A stretch of DNA of 64,000 nucleotides, from positions 124,001-188,000 of the forward strand of contig NIVC01001234.1 of assembly GCA_002269645.1 (NCBI GenBank), given 5' to 3'. The notes beneath the pieces are model-generated. The model was not told where the DNA came from. It was given only the letters and a program-made list of their open reading frames with translations, and did no database searches. The position numbers were made by a program, and so were the translations under genes. Origin of the DNA: Macrostomum lignano (Eukaryota). Positions 35,243-45,100 of this stretch are shown piece after piece; position 1 is the stretch's first letter, and every line of letters begins with the position of its first letter.

Positions 35243-38200
35243 ATGCTACCTCTTTTCATCGTGCTGCTGGCTCTCTGCAGCAATGGAATCCGCGTCAGCG
35301 GAGAAAACTTCACTTTAGGTAAGGCGCTCGTGGTTTACGACGGTTTAGATGGTTTACGACTGCGTGATTTTCACTTCAGGCAGATCAGTTTCAGTTGCAA
35401 TACAAATTTTTCAGTGTGTAGTCGATTCTGTCCCATAAAGAATAGCTGCAGTCTTCCGGCAGTAAAAAAAAACTTTAAAAGCAGAAACAAAAGTATTAGA
35501 ATCCAGAATTATGTTTTTCAATTCAGAGCCACTGCTCGAAGAGGGGGAGATTTAGTGGGCATACGCGCGTCAGCTTGCCCGCCGGCCCAGCCGTTTCATG
35601 GACTGTTGAGTGAGCGGTTGGTGTCAAACCAACTCTAAATACAAATAAGAGTGATGCCCAGCAGGGGCCGGTTGTCGTACGAAGTTCCCAAAGCCTCTAC
35701 CTTAGACATTACACCTAGATGGTCCTAGAAGAATAGACACCAGTAAGAGTGCAGTCGTATCATCATAAGAAAAACATTATTAGGCAATGGTAAGAATTCC
35801 GGTACCAGAACCTATTTTCTAACGGCTATAGATCCGGCATATTAAACTGCTTTTTTAAGCGCAAAAAACAGTCGAAAAAACTGGCCTATAAAACTACTTT
35901 AAACCTTTGTTAATACAGTCTATACTTTCGTTACTAATGAAAATGGCACTAGGATATTGAGATTTTGTTTAAGATGAGATTCAAAACGAGATTGTTCTTA
36001 GTAGTATTTTATATACTCGTACTTCTATCTGAGAATAGCTGATAGCTGAGAAATGTGACACTGCCGGATCCATAGTCATTAGAAAACGGGAACTCTAGCC
36101 ATTGCCACATTATTCGCAGTGAACAAAAAATAGCAAATATTAAATGCTTGAATTCAACCTACCTACCTATTCGTATGAGTTGAAAGTACGCTCGCGAATC
36201 TTCGATAAAGAATGAAATCCTGTATTTCACGGACTTTTCAGCGCTGCTATGGAATGATCGGGACGCAGCCGCAATCGCGAAGGATCTGTTTGACAGTAAA
36301 TTCTGGCCATTGATTGCGGACACCTGTCCGGAAGTAATCAAAACAAAACCAATCTATTTACAGTTCGTGGAGATTGCTCAGACAAGACTCATGAACATCC
36401 CAACTGCTCTTGATAGTAAGTATGTTTCAATTAGCTGCACCAATAAGGGGTTGTGGATAAGGGGCTGTAGCCTAGTGGTTAGAGCGTTGGACTCACGACT
36501 TGAGGGGCGGGGGTTCGATTCCCAAGCCCACTGGAACAATTTTTGTCCTTGAGCAAGATACGTAACTCTGCATTGCTTCAGTTTACCTAGCTGTAAAATG
36601 GGTGGCAGCATTAGCTGGGGTAATTGAGAGTGTGTAAGGCGATCCCCCAGTCCTTGGACTGAACAGACGTACGCAGCCTTCAGATGCCCTGCGCAATGGC
36701 TGTGGCTGAGCTGTGGGTTGCACATCTGCCCAATTGGGGCAGGTGTAATAAAAAAGTCAATCTTACTTGTATCTGCGCTCCTACAAAGTCCATCCTGCCC
36801 TCGTATTTTACAGTGGCTTAATACTCATTTCAGCCATTGCCAACCTCGGTTACTGCTTGTTCATCGGTGCCCACGCCGACGTATCGACGGCGCCGCTGTT
36901 CGTTCAGGCAAACTTGTCGACCGGCCTGACGCCGGGCTCTGTCGCTGCCCGCCGCTACCCCCGCATGCGGCTGCACCAGGTGGCGCCGATCCCACTGCCG
37001 CTGGTCTCGGACGGCGTGGCGCGGGCTCTGTCGCTGTCTGCGGGAACCAACCTGGCTGTGGGCAGCCGGCTCAGCATCATTCTCGGCCCCGGCTATCAAG
37101 CATTTCACGTCGAACTTCTCTCTGCCAAGTTCCCAGGCTCTGTTCAGATCTACCGGCTGGTGCCTGGCTCTGAGTTTGATCTCATTGACAAGCTTAAATC
37201 GAAGGACGCCACCAATTTTTTTCTTGCAGCTGAACCGGCCGAAGCCGAGGAGTTTTTGTATGCTGCATTCAAAAGCCGATTGCTGCACCCAACGTATCGC
37301 TGGTTTCTGTTCAACACTGTGAGGCTCTTTTTGTGGCTGCAATGGATTTTTTCGTACGAGCATTATTGCTCATCCCAAAAATGTACATGGGCATACAAGA
37401 ATTAGATTGTAATTTTTATGCAGAGTCGCCTTCCATCAATAATATATATAATGAAAATTGACTACACCAGCCCTAATGGGCAGATGTGCAACCGACAGCT
37501 CAGCCGCAGCTATTGCGCTGCGCATTTGAAGGCTGCGTACGGCTGTTCAGTCCTAGGCCTGGGGGTCGCCACACACCCTCAATTACCCCAGCTAATGCTG
37601 GCACCCATTTTACAGCTGGGTGAGCTGAAGCAATGACGAGTTAAGTGTCTTGCTTAAGGACACAAATTGTTTCGAGTGGGTCGAGAATCGAACCCCCGAC
37701 CAATGCAAGATTTCAGATATTTTCATGACTAGTTAAAAAATATTCCAGGTACTGGTACAGAAGAATAATTTCTATGGCTTTACGGTAGTCTCAAAAAATA
37801 TTACGTCCATGGACTTTGGCCTTGTGGCAACTGCCATCAACATTGGACTGAACTCAACGCGGTCAATATACTTGTTTGATCTACTGTCAATCTGGTCGGT
37901 GTATTTGACGAACATACTTTGCGATCAGGTGCGAAATCTATATAGTTCAATTTTGCAGTTTTTACTAAGACAGATTTGTACCTAGTCACATTTCCCACCA
38001 TTCTGCCAAACTCCAGTCAGCAGAAGTGAACACAACTGTTGAAGGTATGACCGGTTCGTTCAGTCTTGCACCTGATGGCACAGTCTCTAGGCTGAACTGG
38101 TTTATGAACTTTTATAAAGGGCTTGGCCATCAGCACGAGTGGGTAAGGAAACAAAGCATTGATGTGTGGCTTAGTTAGTATTTTTATCCAACAGATCATA

Positions 38201-40559
38201 AATACTGGAGTCCGCATTTATAGTCAATTCTGGACATAAGATTCCATATCATATCTTATTAATAATGACCACACCTTGAAGATTGGCAACTGGTCAAGTG
38301 TTGGAGACTTTCACTTCGAACCAGCTAAATTGAGAACTCCAACTGACCAGGTTTTAAAGAGTGAACTCAACGTGAATGTGTTCAGAGTAGTAACTCTATT
38401 GGTAAGTGTCCTAGACAACCATCCTGCAATTAAGTACCTCTAAATGCACATTCTGTTAATGACATTAGTTCGCAGCTCCCCGTTTTTGTGGTTTTTTAGG
38501 CGCCGCCATTCGTGCAGTATAAGAAAGGCTATGAGAATAGAACGGATGTAAGCTTATACGACCGTCTAGAGGGGTTTGCGATGGACATTTGTAAGCAGAT
38601 CCTAGAGAATATGTCGGTGAGTTTTTGTGACGTGGTTGTTGAGTCTTTAATCTATCACAGTTCAGCCTACGCTCATGTTATGTATTTCCTGCGGCCAGCT
38701 TCTTTTAGCTGTCTTTCCATTAGCTCGCAGCTTATAAAAATCAACTAAAATTCATGGCCTGTATACAGCTTTCAGATATAGAATATAAATAAAACATTCG
38801 CATTGAAAGTTCAAGACACCCCAAGTGTATCCGAATTTAAACGCAATGACTCTAGAAGACTTTAAAAGCTATTCGAGCTGAGTGAATGTTTTTTAATTTG
38901 GCAACAAAACTCATCGTTCAATGCAATTCAATAGGTTTAGAACTAGATTTGACTGTGACAGGAAAATTTAAGCTTTAAAATTCATAACTCCATAAGCAGT
39001 TCTACTTTACTCCAACAGTTAAACTCTGTCGAAGTCTTTCTACAACCGGATGGTAAATATGGCTCTTACGATCCGGTAGATGGCTGGGGCGGCATGGTGG
39101 CTACACTGATGCTGAATGCTGCTGACATGGCCTGCGCTTCAATGTCCGACACAGAGCTGCGCCGTAACGTCGTCAAATTTACGCAGCCCATCCAATCATA
39201 TCAGCTATCCATCCTGTACTCAAAGCCAGAGGTCAATCCAGTTAAACTGCTGTTTGACTTTCTCTCTCCGCTACACCTGTACACCTGGCTGGCCTTGCTC
39301 GGCTCCGGCCTTGCATCGGGGCTGGTGCTAGCGGTGCTGCATCGAATTAGCAGGAACGAACAGCGGCTCAGCTTGTACGAAGCGATCTACGTCGCATTGG
39401 GCACGCTGATCCAGGGCGTGAAGACAACGATACCGGATCGCCCGTCTGCACAGCTGGTGAAACATTGTGATACGCTTGTTTTACTGTTCAAATGCTTAAT
39501 GCTCGATATAATTATAAAGTGTGAAATAGCACTCTGATATTTTGCAGATAACAATGGTTTTCTGGCTATTTGTGCTCCTCTTTCTAATCATCTACGTGAC
39601 GCACTATGCAGCTAAGCGGACTCTGGAAAGAATCCAGATGGAGATCACTGATCTCAAGAGCCTCCCGATGCAGGAGGCGTACGAATACGGTACGCTATTC
39701 GGCTCTGTGTACCTGGACTTCTTGAAGCACTCGTATGACAGGCTGGAGTTGCTAGCTTACCGGCACATCGCCAACGACCCACATCGTACCCAGCCACGGA
39801 ACATCAGCCACGCGCTCAGCTTGGTCAGAGGCGGTACTTTTGCATTCATTTACAACTCGGCCATGAACCATTACTACTCGAAGATGTTGTGCGACTTTTA
39901 TGAGACTGGCAGCTTTGGGCAGGACAGCGCGCGCTTGGGACTCCCGGCGAACGCGGAGTACGATGATATGATCAATCGAATTATCAATCGACTGGTGAGC
40001 AGCGGGGAGCGAGACCTGCTGTACAAAAAGTAAATCGGTTGGTTTGTAAATGTTTCGGAGTGCTTTATGTTATTTAATCAAGCTCCTTGTTTAAACTAGA
40101 GTGAGTTATATTGGTTGAGAATATCTATAAATAAAAATTCGTAGAAGTCAATGGTAAAGGGTCTGCAAATTTGTACCTATAAGGGCACCCCGATTCAGCA
40201 AAAGCAATATGACTCTTGATTTTTACAGGTACTTCAATCCACCCAAAAGCAACCTGCCGGACTGCACAAACAATTCTCTACCGCACTCCATCATCAACTG
40301 GATTCCCTCGGAGGCAGACGTTTTCAACACAAAGCGGGGCGCGCTGACCCTTAACAATACCATGGGCATCACCGCCATCAACCTGGCCGTTTGCGTGCTC
40401 ACCCTGCTGCTGGCGCTCATAGAATTTGCCTGCTTAAAAATCAGGCTGCGGGTTAGACGCATATGGAATACAGCCCAGAAAAATAGGAGCCTGCGAAAGG
40501 CTGCTGCGGCGGCTGCCACAGAGTACCAGGGCGAGGAGTCGATGGAGTCGCAAGCCTAG
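35243..40559 (+). CDS. Divergent iGluR/IR-like gene D, 10 exons (35243-35318, 36241-36415, 36831-37318, 37749-37928, ..., last exon ending 40559)
   Basis: Signal peptide MLPLFIVLLALCSNG; same exon phases as B and C; pore ALGTLIQG; M3 IYVTHYAAKR; reading frame appears intact. Confidence 0.88.
36461..36760 (+). mobile_element. Full-length tRNA-derived CORE-SINE copy 3 (D intron 2)
   Basis: A box TAGCCTAGTGG at 36468, B box GGTTCGATTCC at 36512, MIR-like core at 36545-36603, and a shared 3' tail. Confidence 0.88.
37446..37700 (-). mobile_element. CORE-SINE copy 4 (D intron 3), inverted relative to copy 3
   Basis: The reverse complement matches 36510-36750. Confidence 0.87.
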
Positions 40560-41077
40560 CAGACGCTTTCTAGGCAGGGTCAGGACGCACCTGATTTGCT
40601 AAGCAAATGACTTCTATAAAATTTGAAACAGGCTCTAAATGCAAGTGGATTCTTAGAACTTTTGGCACTCACAGACTACATTGTTATGCAGCCGTACGAA
40701 TACTAATCCAGTTTCCATGCGTTTTTGCATAGCTCGTAGAGAAGGAAAGGTTTCATACATTTTTTCCCAGGTATGACGCTTTTGGCTGAAGCTGAACGGA
40801 ATATCACAGGTGCATTAGATTCCACCACAAAGATGTAAAACTGCTCCTCTGTGGAGAATATATCTGTCGAGATCCGAGTGTATTCAAAAATTTCCATGGG
40901 AAAACATTTTTCTCCGTGTGAAAAACACCGGAAACCTGCACACCTTCTTTTTCCATCAATTGCCCTGTTAATTAATCGATTTAGGGAACTGAGTCTCCTA
41001 CATGTCGATTTCTCATCCATCGTCGACCTGACAAACTTTCGGTACTTTAAACGATTTTTTTCAAAATTTGTTGGAAA

Positions 41078-41440
41078 CACAGATTAGAAAAAATTAGAAA
41101 CACAGATACTTAATAACTAGATGGGACATTCAGCACATTTGCGCGTAAGCTACTTTAAATTCACTAGAAAGTTAAAAAGAAGCATTTTAATGTATTTTAA
41201 AGCCAAGGCTCATTTATTTGGCTAATGTACATTGACTGGCTAATGTACATTATGGCTGAACCAATTAGCAAGTTGTTTACGTCTGCAAGCTTGTAATTCT
41301 AAACTTATCGAAGTCATTTCAGCTGACTTTATTTTTATAAAATAGCTTATGTATTCTTCTTTGCTACTGAAATGAAAGTAGAGAGCTGTTTTCTAAGTAT
41401 ATATGCCTGGGTGGCCCATCTAGTTATTCTAGTATCTGTG
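41078..41440. mobile_element. Non-autonomous DNA transposon (MITE) with terminal inverted repeats and an 8-bp target-site duplication
   Basis: GTTGGAAA at 41070-41077 and 41441-41448. 'cacagatacttaataactagatggg' (41101) is the near reverse complement of 'cccatctagttattctagtatctgtg' (41415-41440). Both ends begin CACAGAT. Confidence 0.75.
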
Positions 41441-42175
41441 GTTGGAAAGAATAAGGAACGGAGGTAGTCTGCTTTCGTGAATTTTACAAGCCTACCTTCT
41501 TGAATTTGGGTATTAAATATCTTATTTTGTACTAATTTTTAGGGAATTTCTCTCGTGTACTTTTAACTTGTAATAATTGTCGAGGTTTTTTTACAAAACA
41601 AGCACCACCAGGTTTGCATATATTGCAGTTTAAACGAGCACGAAGAAAATAATAGTTTGATACGTGATTTCTCAAAATTAATTCATATTTAAATAAATAT
41701 ATATTTGCTTATATATATACATATTGGGTTTATTAAATTAATCTATTTATTTATGCTGCTTTTACAGATATTCTTTAATTTTGCTCATACATGACAAATA
41801 TTTTGTAACAGTCAAGAGTTTTGTGTTTTTGTATGGCTACATTTATAAAAAATGATTAACAGATTATAATTTTTATCTTCATGCAATTATTATACTATCA
41901 AAGGACCATGCTGAGACAAAGACGACTGTTAAAACAAAAATTTATGCATAAATCAAGTTCTTTGATCGCTTTGTATTGTTAATGACCGATTTTCTGTTTT
42001 TATTTTGTTATGAATGTCTATCCTTCAATTATAAATTTGTTTGATGAGTCATCAAGACGCAATAATGTCAAAAAGCATTGCCTTAAATTGCAGAGTGAAT
42101 TTTTCTGAACTTTTAATGTATTATTTCAAACGATAATATAAAATACAAATTCACTGATGCAGGGACCAAAGAATC

Positions 42176-45100
42176 TCATAATATGCTTTCGTCCACCTGC
42201 ATCAGCACCAGGGTGCTTCGCCTACGGTCGGCGGAGCTGCCCCGGACGCTGTCCTCCCGGTCAACTAGATTCCGGCCCCAGCGGTTGCGGCAGCGGTCGA
42301 AGCCGTGCTCCAGCCCGGCCACTAGTAGCACCAGCGCGCAGCTGAACAGATTCAGTAGCGACAGCCCAAGAGTGTCGCGTAGCGTCAGAGCGCCAGGCCG
42401 AGGCGCCAGGCTTGGCGGCTCCTCTGGCGCCAGGTGGGACAGGAAGGCGCCGATTCTGCTGCTGCTGCTGGCGTCGCTGCAAAGCGGGCGCTCGCCGGCG
42501 GGCACCTCAAAGTATCTGCGGGAGCCCCGATGGTGGTCCCTTGCAATGAGGCGTAGCGGCTCGTAAAATTTTGAGCTGGGTAACCTAGATTAACCCTGTT
42601 GCTATGCCAAATTACCCTGCCCTAAGCTTACCTAGCTACAATACCCCAATAGCTTTAAAACAATCAAAACATGTATGCTTGCTTCATCAGGCAAGAATTT
42701 TTGTAAATAAGTAGCTTTGGTCATATTTGTTATTTAATTTATTGATAAATACTTGGGTAGTAGCAAAAAACCTAGGAAGGATATTTGCATGAAAGACTCT
42801 TCATATCATGTCAAAGGAGAAGCCTCATTGCCATGCCGACAGAGTTTGAAAACTTGGGTCCTTGGCCTTTCGCTGATTTACTCAGTGGTACGAGCTAAAC
42901 ACGTCCAATTCTCGTGCCACGACCTCTGGTTCGATTCTGTGTGTACATAGAATGTACATGTCTGACGATTAGAAAGTCAGTACCGCTGTACACCCTGTGT
43001 GAGCGTGTGCGTGAGTGCGTGCCTGCGTACAGCATTGGCGAGCTTGTCTGTGCTCAGGAATGAGCAGAATTGCCTCAGAGCTGGTTGTGGGACGATGTCG
43101 CTGAAGGCGTTGCGTCATGCTACTCACAGCACTTCTGCAAATGTTTTATTATCATCTGTGGACCCAGCGAGGCTATATATACTCCTACATAGGGGTCAAT
43201 TGCCACTACTGTTCTAGTTCTCAAGACAAGATGCAGGTGACTCTCTGGCCTATAGACGGCTGCTGATACCATCCGCTGTGCTTTGCTGACTACGAGCCTA
43301 TAATCGCAGAGTGCAGGGGTCTGTGTGGGAACTCAGATTTCGGGATATTTTACTCTTACACTTTTTACTTTTTATACTTTTAAATCAGTTTAACCAGATA
43401 CCTAGATATTTTTCAATTGAACTACCCAGTTACTGCCTAATTAAATATACTCAGCAACATCGAAAATTCGCCATCACAAAAGATTCCGTCTATGATCACC
43501 ACTTTTGAGAGGGCAGGTAAAGTCTCTCAATCTTTGCGAGTGACTTAGCTAACTCAGCTACGCCACGGCAGACTTGAGTTGAGGAATGAAGCGGGGGGAG
43601 CGGTGTGCGAGAGTTGGACGGATTTCAATTTTGCTGAGTATACTCGTTAGATTAACATCTAAATTAATAGCACACCAAATTAGGTAGGTTAAATTACCCA
43701 TGCAGTTTAACGGAGTTGATGAAAAATGTAAAACATGCGCAAAACTGACTTTTCTTAGTCATGCAGGTCAGGGGCTGCGTTAAGAGTTCTAGTATAAGCA
43801 TGCGACTCTGCGGCTAGACTATGCTTCAAAGTTGACTAACATTTTTAGTTAGAAAATTTTTTTGTGAAAGCAAGCGCACCTACGCTCCAACTCGTCTAGC
43901 CAGTCGTCAGTTCTGTTGTCCATGGCAGCCGCCAGCTCCTCGTTTATCAGCGGCAACAGCCGAGATCCAGTCGGCAGCGCCAGCCCCAGCTCGATTGGGA
44001 TGCCATCGAACACAACAAGCCGGGCGTCGCAGGTCAGCTGGCTCCAGTAGGCGTTCCGCTTGGCGTCGTAGACCAGAGCAAAGTCGCCGGTCTCCATGGC
44101 GGCGCGGCCGATCTGGGCGTTCGAGAACAGGCCGCCGCGGTGCTGCATTCGCTCATAGACCATGCGCAACTGAGGGAATGGCGACTCTTTGAAATAGGCG
44201 GAATAGCTGGAATTGGCCAGAGTGCCGAACCTGTGGGTTGTCTGGTCCAGCAGGCTCCTCAGCGTTCCCCGATGGGCACCTGCACTCTGTTCAGGCATCG
44301 CTGGCCGGCTAAGTTGGCCGCGAAGGCTACAAGAAGCAGCAGCGCTGTCAGGCGGAAGGCCGACACAGCAAACCGGCCGGAGGGTCGCTGCGGCTGCCGG
44401 CATCTGCCCTAATAAGGTTTAATTCGGCATTGAATAAATGTGACTTAAAGCCAGCTTTTGCATTCGAGTTAGAGGAATTCTATAGCTTAAGTTTTTAGTT
44501 TTTAGTACCATTCATTTAAGTAACACGTTAGTAACACGTAGCAATGTTTGTCACATGATATTTAAATCCAGTGTTGTGGCTGCTAGCTAAATGACTTAAG
44601 TCGACTCGGGAGTCGAGGAATGAACCAAATTGGCTCTGTCGGACCCTTCAAAGAAGGGACAGAGGCATGGATTCAATACCAAGAGCGCATTGAACAGTTT
44701 TTTTGTTGCCAACGACATTGCAGATGAGAAAAAGAGAGCAGTGTTGCTCAGTATGTGTGGGAAACAAACATATCAGTTGCTCTGCAGCCTTCAGTTGGAA
44801 CGTCTTATGCTGACATCTGCAAAGTACTGAAGGAACACTTCGACCCAACGCCGCCAGAAATCGTTCTGCGCCATCGCTTTTTCACTCGAAACCGTCAGTC
44901 TGGTGAATCCATTGCCGTCAGCTTGGCAAAGGTTGCAATCTCACCAACCTGAACGGAATGCTGAGGGACACGCTCGTGCTGGGCATCAACGATGACGGAA
45001 TCCAGCGGAAACTCCTTGCTGAAAAGGAACTGACGCTAGCAAAGGCACCATCAACAGCACAGGCCCTTGCTACGGCCGCCGAGGGCACTCAACTTGTGAT

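Noticed and set aside
36461-36535. Possible tRNA gene (A and B boxes present)
   Set aside because: I could not fold an acceptor stem, and it runs directly into the SINE core shared with other copies, so it is a SINE head.
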